Assembly (NCBI GenBank): GCA_963771355.1
Contig: CAVYTA010000005.1
Span: 96,001-160,000 of the forward strand
Length of the DNA stretch: 64,000 nucleotides
Direction of reading: 5' to 3'
Origin: an uncultured Candidatus Rokubacteria bacterium
GTDB lineage: Bacteria > Methylomirabilota > Methylomirabilia > Rokubacteriales > CSP1-6
The notes under the pieces were generated by a model, which was not told the origin of the DNA, did no database searches, and saw only the letters and a program-made list of their open reading frames with translations. The stretch's first letter is position 1; every line of letters starts with the position of its first letter. This document shows positions 46,926 to 56,891 of this stretch, in pieces. A program made the translations under genes and the position numbers.

Positions 46926-48413
46926 TCAGCGCCGGCCGCCCTCGTCCCCGCGCCACTCCACGGCACCGAACCGGGTGCGGCCCAGGAAGTTGTAGGTGAG
47001 GCTGAGGGTCTCGATCTTCTGGTGGCGATCGGGCAGGCCGGCCTGGGTGGCGTGGCGCATGGACCGGGAGTACTGGAGTCCCAGCGCGTGCGGCCCCCAC
47101 AGCCGGACGCTCAAGCCAGCGTTGATGCGGCCGATGATCTCGTCGCCGAAGTTGGAGGTCTTCACGCCGCCCTCCCGGCCCGAGCCCGCCGCCACGAAGA
47201 AGCCGCGCCCCAGCACCTCGAGCATGGCCCGGTCGCCGAAGATGATCCGCGCGCCGAGGACGACCTGCGGGACCACGCCGAAGTGGTAGTCCCGCTCGGC
47301 CCGGTCGGCGACGGTGCCCGCCGCGCCGAAGCCGACGCCACCCAGCGCGGTGCCCTGGAGCGCCACCACCTGCGACAGCCACCTCTGGGCCACGGTGCCG
47401 AGCGAGAGCGCCGTGGTCGAGACCCGGAAGATCTGCGGCGAGAGATAGTCGTAGCTGCCGAAGAGACCCCAGAGCCCGCGCCCACTGGTGCCGGCGTCGT
47501 AGCCGGTGCCAACGAGGAGCCCGCGAATCGACGCGTTCTCGATGGCGTTGGAGACGTCGTCGGCGCTGGGGACGACGTGGAGGTCAAAGGTGAAGAAATC
47601 GAACGGGCGCTGATAGCGATAGCCCGGCTTGCCGGGGAGCCCGTAAGACATGTTGTATTCGATGAGGCCTTCGACATCGTTGACCTCGACGTTGCCGCCC
47701 AGCCCCTCGTTCTTCACGCTGGTGGTGAGGGTGGCGCCGAGCCGGAGCCGGATGTACACCGCCGGGTCGCGGCTGGGGAAGATGGCGTCGAACCGGTCGC
47801 CGAAGACGAGCCGGTTGAACCCGGTGGGCGGCGAGATGAGGGCCGCGCCCAGCTCGCGCCAGAACCCGGGCGTTTCGCCGCCGCCGCCCTCGAGCAGCAG
47901 GCTCGCCATGCGGAACAGCGCCTCGCCCACGAAGGTGCCCCCGATGCCGGTCGTGATGTGATCGTTGAGCGAGGGGCGCGTGGTCTCGCCGTAGGTTTCC
48001 CAGAGGAAGCTTCCGGCGAGGGTGTAGAGCAGGGACTCCCAGTAGCTCAGCCCCGCCGAGCGCGCGAAGCCGTAGTAGATGCTGCCCTGATACGGATGTC
48101 CGATCTGATTGATGCTGAACGGGTCCTTGTCGATGACCGTCGAGCTGGTCACGTTGTCCCAGAACGTGCGTGCGTTGCTGCCGTACTCCTCCTCGTCGAT
48201 GAAGTGCCGGTTGAACTGATTCATCGCGAAGACGAATCCGGTGACCTCGAGGGCGGGGATGAGATAGTTCAGGTAATTCTTGCCGGCCCCCCAGGCCCGC
48301 TCGCGCGCGGCCGGAGGATCCTCGGCGGCGGCGGGAACCGATACCGCGAGGACGATCGCGATGGCGCACAGGATGACCGCCCGCTGCCGCGCGGTGCGAC
48401 CTGAGGGCCACAT
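46926..48413 (-). CDS. DUF3943-like probable outer-membrane protein
   Basis: Signal peptide, DKDPFSINQIGHPYQGSIYYGFARSAG, PSLNDHITTGIGG and a beta-rich C-terminus. Confidence 0.75.
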   Translation of the reverse strand: MWPSGRTARQRAVILCAIAIVLAVSVPAAAEDPPAARERAWGAGKNYLNYLIPALEVTGFVFAMNQFNRHFIDEEEYGSNARTFWDNVTSSTVIDKDPFSINQIGHPYQGSIYYGFARSAGLSYWESLLYTLAGSFLWETYGETTRPSLNDHITTGIGGTFVGEALFRMASLLLEGGGGETPGFWRELGAALISPPTGFNRLVFGDRFDAIFPSRDPAVYIRLRLGATLTTSVKNEGLGGNVEVNDVEGLIEYNMSYGLPGKPGYRYQRPFDFFTFDLHVVPSADDVSNAIENASIRGLLVGTGYDAGTSGRGLWGLFGSYDYLSPQIFRVSTTALSLGTVAQRWLSQVVALQGTALGGVGFGAAGTVADRAERDYHFGVVPQVVLGARIIFGDRAMLEVLGRGFFVAAGSGREGGVKTSNFGDEIIGRINAGLSVRLWGPHALGLQYSRSMRHATQAGLPDRHQKIETLSLTYNFLGRTRFGAVEWRGDEGGRR

Positions 48414-48535
48414 CCGCCCACGCTAGCACATGAGAAAGCGACCCGGACCGATGATAGGCAGCGGCCCGGGCCTCCACGTCTCGGTGAACCCTACTCGGCA
48501 ATCACGCGCGCATTGCTCGTCCACACGATCACGCG

Positions 48536-48757
48536 CTACCGATGGCCGCGCCGCTCCCAGCCGCGCCGCTCCCAGCCCCCGGGGCGCCCGTGCCATCCAC
48601 CGCGGTAGTGCGGGGCGACCACGACCGGCGGCGAGACGATGACCGGCGGGCCGGGAACGTACACGCCGGGATACGACGGATCGACGACCGCGAAGCATCC
48701 GCCCAGCACCGAACCCGCCACGACGAATCCGAGAACCCACGTGAGTGAGCGCTTCAT
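48536..48757 (-). CDS. Small putative lipoprotein with Pro/Val- and Arg/Gly-rich tail
   Basis: MKRSLTWVLGFVVAGSVLGG-C lipobox. AGGAGG RBS. Confidence 0.6.
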   Translation of the reverse strand: MKRSLTWVLGFVVAGSVLGGCFAVVDPSYPGVYVPGPPVIVSPPVVVAPHYRGGWHGRPGGWERRGWERRGHR

Positions 48758-48880
48758 GGGTGACCTCCTGTGTCGTGCTCCTGATGGAGTAGACGCAGGA
48801 AGCGGGGCGGGAATTTACATGGAGAGAAGGGGAACTCGGGCGGCGTCGCGCGAGTTTTAAGGAGGAAGTTCCCGCTCGAC

Positions 48881-51800
48881 CTAGCTGCCGAGCTCCTTGA
48901 GAAGCTGCCGCGCCTCGTCCGCCCCCGCGAACTTCCCTCCCGCTTGCAGAGAGCGGCGGAGCCACGTCTCCGCCTCGGCCTTGCGTCCGAGCCGATGATA
49001 GGTGAGGCCGAGGTGGTACTGGATCACGACGTCCTTGGTCGAGAGCTCGGAGGCCTGGCGCAGCAGCGGCTCGGCCTCCGCGTACTCGCCTCGCTTGTAG
49101 TGCACGAACCCCAGCGTGTCCAGCACACCGGGCAAGCTCGCCGCCCGGGCCTGGTCGGCGCGAATCAGCTCCTGAGCCTTGCGAGCATGACTCAGCGCCT
49201 CGTCGAGGTTCTTGCCCTGTGAGGCGAGGATCCACGCCACGTTGTTGAAGGGGCGCGGATCGTTGGGAGCGAGCGCCAGCGCGCGTCGGTAGGCGCCCAG
49301 GGCCGCGTCGAGCTCTCCACGCTGCTCGTAGGCGCCTCCGAGCCGGAGGTGGGCCAGCACGAGCTTGGGGTCGAGACGAATCGCGGTGTTCAGTGACTCG
49401 ATGGCCGGCGCGATCTGTCCGCGCCCCAGCAGCAGCTCGCCCAGGAGGACGTGAGCCGGCGCGAGCTTGGGCTGGGCGGCCACGACATCCCGCGTCAGCG
49501 CAATCCCCTCGTCGAATCGCCCCACCTGTCCGTAGAGGTTGGCGAGCTGGAGCTTCACGTCGTGACGGTCGGGACAGGGCCCTGGCGACGACCTTGAGAT
49601 GCTCGATGGCGGCCTCGCGGCTGCCACGGCGCTGGTAATAGCCCGCGAGGAGCCGGTTCGCCTCGACGTTCTCCGGCTCGACACGGAGCACGGCCTTGAG
49701 GTACTCGGTCGCCGCGTCGGGTTTGCCCTGCAGGACGAGCAGACCGGCCATGGCCATGTTCGCGGGCACGTACTGACCGGCTGATCTCGAGGATGCGCTT
49801 GAGCTCGGCCTCGGCCTGCGGGAGCTGGCGCGCCGCGAGCAGGGCCTGAGCCAGCGCGAAGCGCGTGGAGATGTTCTGCGGATCTCGGTCGAGGGCACGC
49901 TTGAGGTCGTCGATGTGGCCGGCCCGGACCTCGTCGCTCGGCTTTTCACCGGAGAGCGCCGCCAGCTCGATCCGGACCTGCTTGAGGTCGGGGTCGAGCT
50001 TGAGGGCCTGCTCGTAGGCCCGTCGCGCGCCCGCCACATCGCCCCTGGCGACGAGCGCGCGCCCGCGATAGTAGTGATTGCGGGCCAGGCCGGGATTGAG
50101 CTTGTTCACTTGCTCGAACTGCTTCAGGGCCTCTGCCGGGTCCCGCTTGCCGAGGTGGGCGAGACCCAGGAGCATCCTGGCCTCGACCAGTCCGGGCTTC
50201 GCGGCGACCAGCGGCGAGAGCTTGGCGATGGCCTGGTCGGGCGCGCCCTTCTTCAGATAGAAATCGGCGAGGGGCAGGACGAGCTCCGGCGCCTGAGGGT
50301 TGAGCGGAAGCACCGCCTCCAGGACCGGGATCGCCTGCTCGTATCTGCCGTCGCGGGCATGGACCTGCGCCAGCATCAGCGCCGCGGGGGCCGAGCCCGG
50401 CTGTGTCTTGAGAATTCGCCTGGAGCAGCGCCACCGCCTCGGCATCGCGCTTGGTATCCAGCAGGAGACGGGCGAGCTGGAAGCGCGCGGGTGCGAAGCG
50501 CTCGTCTGCCTTGAGGGCGCGGCGGTACTCCTCCTCCGCCTTCTTCGGCTCCTTCCTCGCGAGGTAGATGCCCCCGAGCAGGGTCCGCGCCTGGGCATTC
50601 TTGCTGTCGGCCGCGATCACTTGCTGGAGATAGGCGATCGCCTCGTCCTGCTTCCGGTCCCGGAGGAGCGTCGCGACTTTCCTCAGCAGGGCGGCCGGGT
50701 GTCTGGGATTGGCGAGCAGCACCGCCTCGTACTCCCGGAGCGCCGCGTCGGGCTTGCCTTCCAGGTTGTAGAGCTGGCCCAGGGCCATGTGCATCTGGGA
50801 GAACTGGGGCGCCACCTCCAGGGCCTTGGCGAACATCTCCTGGGCCTTGGCGAAGTCATTCCGCGCCACGTGGATCTGGCCGAGCAGCGCATACGGCTGA
50901 GGGCTCGAGGGGGCGAGCCTCTGCGCCTCTTCCGCGGCCCGCACCGCTTCCCGCCACTGTCCCAGCGTGGCATACGCTCGGCCCCGCTGCAGGTGATAGG
51001 TCGGCACCTTGGCCAGCGGCTTCGCCACCTTGTCCAGCTCCTCCAGGGCCTCCTGCGGCCGACTCGCCTGCACGTAGGCGGTGGCCAGGCTCAGGCGTGC
51101 CCACGCGTTGGTTGGGACCTGCTTGGTGACCTCGGTGAACTCGGTGATCGCCAGATCGGGACGACCGGCCTGCAGCGCCACTTGCCCGAGCACGTGGCGA
51201 GCCCGAGCGTGAAGTTCGGGAATCGCTGAGTGATGCGGGTGAGCAGGTTGATGGCCTCGCCGAATCGGCCCGCCCGCGAATACAGGTCGGCGAGCGCGAG
51301 CGCCACCGGCATCGATCGAGCCGCCGGGGGCATCCCTTCGAGCTCCTTGATCGCCTCGGCAATCTTGCCTTCAGCGTTCAGCAGCGCGCTGCGGACGAGG
51401 CGAACCTGGGGATTGTCCGGGCTCGCCCGCTTTGCCTCCGTCGAGCAGCTTCGCGGCCTCTTCGCTCTTGCCTTGGCGGAGAAGTATGCGCGCGAGGCCC
51501 ACCTGGGCCCCGGTCAGCCGGGGGTTCACGCCCGAGCGCGGTCCGGTACGCGGCCTCGGCCTTGTCCATCCGGCCGTGCCTGGGTCAAGGCATCGCCATA
51601 CGCCTGATGCATCTCGGGAATGGCGCCCGCACTGGCCTGTGCGCGCTCGAGCAGCGCGACGGCTTCTTTGGGATCGCCCTTCCCGATCCGGGCGGCTCCG
51701 AGCAAGATAGTTGACGAGGGGGCTGTCCGGCTCGATCCGGCGAATCGCCTCGGCCTGCTCTTCCGCCTTGTTCGAGTCTCCCACTGCGAGGAATGACTGC

Positions 51801-52153
51801 CCGAGCAGGAGCCGGATCGGGATCGCCCCCGCCTCCCGTTCCGCCGCTCGGCTCAGCTCCCTGGCCGCATCGAGGTACCATCCCTTGGCGTAATACGCGC
51901 GGCCGAGGGCGTGGAGGGCGGGCACGAAGGTCGGATCCAGCTGCAGGGCATTCTTCAGCTCGATGACCGCTTCGTTGTACTTGCCTTCTTCCAGGAAGCG
52001 CGAGCCCCGTTCGACGTGCTGCTGCTTCTTGACGACGGGATCCTGGGTACAGCCGAGAAAGACGAGAGGGGTAAGCAGGGTGAGGGCTAGCGAGAACGAT
52101 CTTGGTCCGCCGCCCAAGGTGTACCGCAGGCGTCGTGTCCTGAGATTCTGCAT
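48881..52153 (-). pseudogene. PrsT-like TPR-repeat lipoprotein (~1090 aa if repaired) broken by 8 frameshifts; may be sequencing error
   Basis: Lipobox VFLG-C and AVIELKNALQLDP. TPR repeats run continuously across track ORFs 51371..52171, 51091..51333, 49946..51193, 49555..50598, 48423..50039 and 48881..49684. C-terminal NNVAWIL...LDTLGFVHY...IQYHLG. Confidence 0.8.
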
Positions 52154-52283
52154 GCCGAGCACAGAATACACCCGGAGCTGCCCGACTAGCCGCCCCGTTA
52201 CGGAGTGCGTCGTAGAACTTTACAATCCGGCCCGGGAATTTAATTTCCTATCTATAAGGCATTGAAAAACAAGACCTAATATC

Positions 52284-52300
52284 CAGGCATGATTCCTGCT
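52284..52300 (+). promoter_or_regulatory. Sigma-54 promoter candidate for the PEP-CTERM gene
   Basis: CAGGCATGATTCCTGCT (GG-N10-GC) in an AT-rich spacer. A CGT-N11-ACA box ending TTTACA lies at 52208..52224. Confidence 0.55.
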
Positions 52301-52396
52301 CTAAGCCACTGCCAAGAGGACATTTGACAAGTCTTGGTCTATCTCCCGTATGTCCCGGCCCCCGGGGTCGGCCGATAGCCAAGAAAGAGATAAGCA

Positions 52397-53417
52397 ATGA
52401 AACTGGGAAAGCTCGCGATTCTAACAGCAGTTCTCACCGTGGCGCTCGTGTCGGGCTGGTCCTCCGCCGGTGAGGCCGTCACCCTGCCGGCCTGCACGAC
52501 ATCATCTGTGCCTTTGACGGCGACTTCGCCGTCATGTCCCTGCCCTTCGCAGGGGTCACGGTGCAGTCGTCGCCGGGGCAGATCCAGGACGGCGTCGTGG
52601 TGTACACGGGCTCGGACGGCGGCCCCGTGACCACCAATTTCGCGGGCATGGACAATGCCTTCCCGTCGGTCACCGGGGATGCCCGCCGAATTCCTCGTTC
52701 TCCACGACGACGGCTGGCCGATCCGGGCGGGACAGGGCAGTTCGCGCGGAGACGTGCGAACGTGGGATAGCACGCTCTCTGCCTTCATCAGGTTCCTTGA
52801 CGGCAGTACCCCGACTCTTCTTCTTCAACCAGAACGACACCAACAATAACGCGCCCGATGGTTCGTGCCCGGGCAGCACATTCCGGCCAGGACGTGTGCG
52901 TCTACGGGTCAGCTGACGTTGGTCGACCACCAGGAGGCCACGAACAACGATACGTTGAGCTGGAGGGGCCGACCACGGTTGTTCACCGACGGCGCCCAGC
53001 CTACCGACGGGATCACGGACCTGCCGAATGATTATGTTCTCGCCAAGGGCGACGTGTGCCTCGACGCGGGCGGTGCCCAGAGCGTGCGATGGTAGTGGAG
53101 ACCCGGTCGCCTTCGGGCCCGAGAACCACAACCTCGGCGCTAACGAGGCGGCCTACGCCGCGTTCTCCACCGTGCTGAACGCGCTACTCGCCACGTGCGC
53201 GCAGAGGGCGATCAACACCACGAAGTGCCCGTGGGACAGCATCTCGATCAGACTGGATCTCACCGACCTCAACAACGGATTCGAGCAGCTGTTCATCCTC
53301 ACCGGTGATCAGGTCACGCAGATTCCGCCCGTCCCGGTGCCCGGAACGCTGATTCTCCTCGGCGCGGGGCTCATGGGGCTGGGAGCTTCGGCCTGGCGGC
53401 GGCGTCAGCGCGGCTAA
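52397..53417 (+). pseudogene. PEP-CTERM sorting-domain surface protein, multiply frameshifted
   Basis: Signal peptide MKLGKLAILTAVL...GEA. Pieces in different frames: QSSPGQIQDGVVVYTG, TWDSTL, FFFNQN, NHNLGANEAAYA, LNNGFEQLFI. Ends VPVPGTLILLGAGLMGLGASAWRRRQRG*. Confidence 0.8.
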
Positions 53418-53450
53418 GCCTCACCGCACCAAGGCACCTTAGAACGCACC

Positions 53451-53481
53451 AGGGGCGCCGGCACAGCCGGCGCCCCTTTTC
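53451..53481 (+). terminator. Rho-independent terminator
   Basis: AGGGGCGCCGG-CACAG-CCGGCGCCCCT followed by TTT, downstream of the PEP-CTERM gene. Confidence 0.8.
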
Positions 53482-53565
53482 TCTGCCCTCGCCCCGCATC
53501 CGACATCTCCGTACGGCTGGCTCTATACTGGGGTCGCCCAATCGCGGGCGGGAGGGAGCACCGAC

Positions 53566-54051
53566 ATGATCCAGGCTCGCAGGATCGGCCACGTGGTGTT
53601 GAAGGTTCGCGATGCGCAGCGCTCCAAGGACTTCTACACGCGCACCCTCGGGCTGAAGGTGGCCTACGACTCCCCGGGCGCGGTGTTCCTCAGCCTCGGG
53701 ACGCAGCATCACGACCTCGCGCTGTTCCAGCTGGCCACCGGTGAGGCGCCGGGGGAGGCGCAGCCCGGGTTGCACCACGTGGCCTGGCAGCTCGGAAGCT
53801 TCGAGGAGCTGCAGGCCGCCCATCGCGAGCTGCGCGCGCTGGGCGTCTCCGTCGAGGCCACGGTGGAGCACAACGTGACCCGCAGCGTGTACTTCCCCGA
53901 TCCCGACGGTAACCGCGTCGAGCTCTACTGCGACATGGTGGAGCACGGCTTCGAGGCCATGCGGACGCTGGGGCCACGGCGGGATCTGATGGACATCGAG
54001 TCGGGCGAGGTGGTCGAGCGCCGGAGCCTGCCCGGCACCGTGACGTCCTAG
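53566..54051 (+). CDS. VOC family protein (ring-cleavage dioxygenase-like)
   Basis: IGHVVLKVRD, HHDLAL, GLHHVAW, SVYFPDPDGNRVE. Confidence 0.88.
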   Translation: MIQARRIGHVVLKVRDAQRSKDFYTRTLGLKVAYDSPGAVFLSLGTQHHDLALFQLATGEAPGEAQPGLHHVAWQLGSFEELQAAHRELRALGVSVEATVEHNVTRSVYFPDPDGNRVELYCDMVEHGFEAMRTLGPRRDLMDIESGEVVERRSLPGTVTS

Positions 54052-54095
54052 CTACAATCCCGACGTTTTGACGGTTTTGGCGGGCTCCTCGCGGA

Positions 54096-55400
54096 TTACC
54101 AGGCCAGGATCGCCGGCTCGTAGTGCTCGATCCGTTCCTTCACCACCATCAGGGGCTCGATGCCGTAGAGCTTTCGCGCGTTCTCCCCCAGGAGCTTCCG
54201 CTGCACCTCGGCGGGCACGTCGAACTCGGCCATGTGGGCGAGCCCGTCCCAGGCGTCCTCGGCGTCGTGGTGGGGATAGTCCGACGACCAGATGGCCACG
54301 TCCTTGAACTCGTCCCACAGCCGGTACACGAGCGTCTCGTCGGACTCGAAGCCGATGAAGCAGCGCTCGTGGAAGATCTCGACGGGATCGCGGAGGGGCC
54401 GGTTGCCGCGCTGGAAGGCGAAGAGATTGGAGAAGTTCGACGCGCGCTGCAGCACCAGGGGGAGCCACGAGGCGTTCGACTCCAGCACCGCGGCCTTTAG
54501 CCGCGGGAACTTCTCGAGCCAGCCGGTCTGCACCACCACCGTCAGCCAGGTCATCGCCTCCATCACGAAGCCCAGGGTCTCGGAGGCGTCGATGGCCGGG
54601 TCCATGGCCGCAGTGATATTCGAGACGAACTGGCCGGGGGAATAGACCACTGCCTCGTCGGTGAACATGAGCCCCTGGCCGGAGTGTCCCCGCGCCTGCG
54701 CCATGCGCTGCGCCCAGTCCGGGGTGAGCGCCTCGCGCGAGGGGAAGGTGTGCATGGCCAGCACCACACCGAGGCCCTCGAACTCGCGCCACAGGGGGTC
54801 GAACTCGGGCAAGGTCGGATAGCGGCCGTTCCAGAAGCAGGGCCGGACGGCGGCCGCCTTGAACCCGAGCTTGGCCACGCGCCGGAGCTCCGCGATCGAG
54901 GCCTCCACGCTCTGCAGCGGCAGTACCGCGCAGGGGAACAGGCGCGCGCGGTCGGGCGCGCAGTAGTCGTGGACCCAGTCGTTGTAGGCGCGCCCGAGGA
55001 TCGCCGCCGCGCCGGGGTCGCGCAGCAGGGCCAGGCGCACGAACCAGGTGGGGAAGAGCATCACCTGGTCGGTGCCGAGCGCGTCCATGTCCTTGAGCCG
55101 CGCGTGGGGATCGCGGCAGCCGAGCAGGCGGCCGAACTTCGCCTTCCACTCCTCGGTGCCGGGCGTCAGCCGGCCCACCTCCTTCTTGTCCCAGCGCGCC
55201 CACCCGACCTCGGCGGCGTTGGAACGCTCGCGCGCGGCCGGCACCACCCGGCCATTGATCATCAGGAGGTCGCTATCGGTGTGAAAGCAGAACTGGGTCT
55301 TCACCCACGCGCGCTCCTTGGCCGGCACGTACTCGTCCCACACCGCCGGGGGCTCCACCACGTGGCTGTCGCAGTCGAACACGGGGAAGGTCTTGGTCAT
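54096..55400 (-). CDS. Amidohydrolase_2 family protein
   Basis: FDCDSHVVEP, AYNDW, LESNASW, WSSDYPHHD. Alternative start 55412. Confidence 0.87.
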   Translation of the reverse strand: MTKTFPVFDCDSHVVEPPAVWDEYVPAKERAWVKTQFCFHTDSDLLMINGRVVPAARERSNAAEVGWARWDKKEVGRLTPGTEEWKAKFGRLLGCRDPHARLKDMDALGTDQVMLFPTWFVRLALLRDPGAAAILGRAYNDWVHDYCAPDRARLFPCAVLPLQSVEASIAELRRVAKLGFKAAAVRPCFWNGRYPTLPEFDPLWREFEGLGVVLAMHTFPSREALTPDWAQRMAQARGHSGQGLMFTDEAVVYSPGQFVSNITAAMDPAIDASETLGFVMEAMTWLTVVVQTGWLEKFPRLKAAVLESNASWLPLVLQRASNFSNLFAFQRGNRPLRDPVEIFHERCFIGFESDETLVYRLWDEFKDVAIWSSDYPHHDAEDAWDGLAHMAEFDVPAEVQRKLLGENARKLYGIEPLMVVKERIEHYEPAILAW

Positions 55401-55554
55401 GCTGGTGCCCACGGCGCGCCCTCCTTGGCTCTTTTCACCAGGCGAAGTATGCTTCTGCGGACCGGATTATCGGTAACCGGAGAGGCCCATGTCAATCAAC
55501 GTCGAGGAGACGGGCGCCGCCATCGAGGCGCAGATCGCGCGGACGGGCCGCTGA

Positions 55555-56319
55555 ATGGGGGACACGCGAGGCATCGAGCGGTTCTCGCTGGAGGGCCGCG
55601 TGGTGCTCATCACCGGCGCGCGCGGGGGCCTCGGCCTCGAGATGGCGCGCGGCATGGCGGCGGCGGGCGCCGTTGTCGGCATCAACGGCCGTGACCCGGC
55701 GCTGGTGGAAGAGGCGGCGGCGGGCATCCCCAACGCCTTCGCGGCCCCCTTCGACATCACCGACCTTGCCGCCGCCGCCGGGGGCATCGATGCCGTCGTG
55801 GCGCGGCACGGGCGCCTCGACTGCCTGGTCAACAACGCCGCCCTCCGGGATCGGCGGTCGTTCCAGGACATCGCCGCCGGCGACCTGCGTGGGCTGCTCG
55901 AGACCAATCTTGTCGGGGCCTACGAGGTGTCGCGCCTCGCCGCCCGCCACATGGAAGGGCGCCGGGGCGGGCGGCTCATCTTCATCACCTCCATGGTGGG
56001 CCCGCAGTCCTTCCAGGGCGATCCTGCCTATACCGCGTCCAAGGGCGGGCTCACGGCGCTCATGCGCGCCCTGGCGGTGGAGCTCGGGCCCAAGGGCATC
56101 ACCGCCAACGCCATCGCGCCCGGGTTCTTTCTCACCGACGTGAACGCGTCCTTCTTCGGCGGGTCCCAGGCCGCCGAGGTCGGCCGGCGCATCCCGCTGC
56201 GGCGTTGGGGCCGGCCCGACGAGCTGGTCGGCGCGGCCATCTTCCTCGCCTCGGACGCCGCGTCCTACGTGAACGGACACGTCCTCACGGTGGACGCGGG
56301 ACTCTCGATCGCATTGTGA
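55555..56319 (+). CDS. SDR oxidoreductase (gluconate 5-dehydrogenase-like)
   Basis: TGARGGLG, LVNNAA, YTASKGG, NAIAPG, VNGHVLTVD. Confidence 0.9.
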   Translation: MGDTRGIERFSLEGRVVLITGARGGLGLEMARGMAAAGAVVGINGRDPALVEEAAAGIPNAFAAPFDITDLAAAAGGIDAVVARHGRLDCLVNNAALRDRRSFQDIAAGDLRGLLETNLVGAYEVSRLAARHMEGRRGGRLIFITSMVGPQSFQGDPAYTASKGGLTALMRALAVELGPKGITANAIAPGFFLTDVNASFFGGSQAAEVGRRIPLRRWGRPDELVGAAIFLASDAASYVNGHVLTVDAGLSIAL

Positions 56320-56345
56320 GGAGCGCGCGGGCGATGCATCGGACC

Positions 56346-56490
56346 TGCGGGATAAACCAGCAGAATAGCGCAGTGCGCAACATATTCTCATAACGAATTA
56401 GTCATTAAGTTGTAATAGTTTACTGGTCATATAGTGGAGGTGATGAAGAGTGGAACCGTAAATGATTATGCAATGCGTCAAGGAGGATTC
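56346..56490 (+). promoter_or_regulatory. AT-rich regulatory region with two 17-bp TGC...CA boxes
   Basis: TGCGGGATAAACCAGCA (56346-62), TGCGCAACATATTCTCA (56374-90), an AT tract, TGGAAC-N7-TGAT at 56451 and an AAGGAGG RBS. Confidence 0.4.
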
Positions 56491-56492
56491 AC

Positions 56493-56891
56493 ATGCTCGG
56501 TGATTTGATCGCGGTGCTCGGCATCGGCTCCCTCGCAGCTGCTCCCCTCGTCTGGCGCGCGCGCCAGGACAAGCGTGAAGAGGCCGCGCTGCGCGTCCAG
56601 GCCGTACTTCAGCTCAAGGCCAATCAGCGACTCGGCGGCGAGTCGTTTCTCGTGGTGTCGGTGGAGCCAGCCTCCCTAGGGGGCAAGAGCCGGGTGAGGC
56701 TCTCCGCTCCCGATCGCTGGCAGTGGCTCGTGGGCGAGGTGTGGAACGATGTGGCCGCAGCGATGCCGCCCGGCTACGAGCTCGTGGTGACCGCGGAGAC
56801 CGTCAAGGGGATGGGGCCCGTCCGCCCCGACATGGTGCCCGCGCAGCGCATTCCGCCCCGCGGCCGGACCGCCTCAGCCGCGCGCGGCTGA
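56493..56891 (+). CDS. Hypothetical protein with N-terminal membrane anchor
   Basis: Strong AAGGAGG RBS and a hydrophobic N-terminus. No family recognised. Confidence 0.7.
   Translation: MLGDLIAVLGIGSLAAAPLVWRARQDKREEAALRVQAVLQLKANQRLGGESFLVVSVEPASLGGKSRVRLSAPDRWQWLVGEVWNDVAAAMPPGYELVVTAETVKGMGPVRPDMVPAQRIPPRGRTASAARG

Noticed and set aside
48881..53417. Programmed frameshifting or phase variation
   Set aside because: There are too many shifts, and they are not at long homopolymers or slippery heptamers. Error or decay is more plausible.
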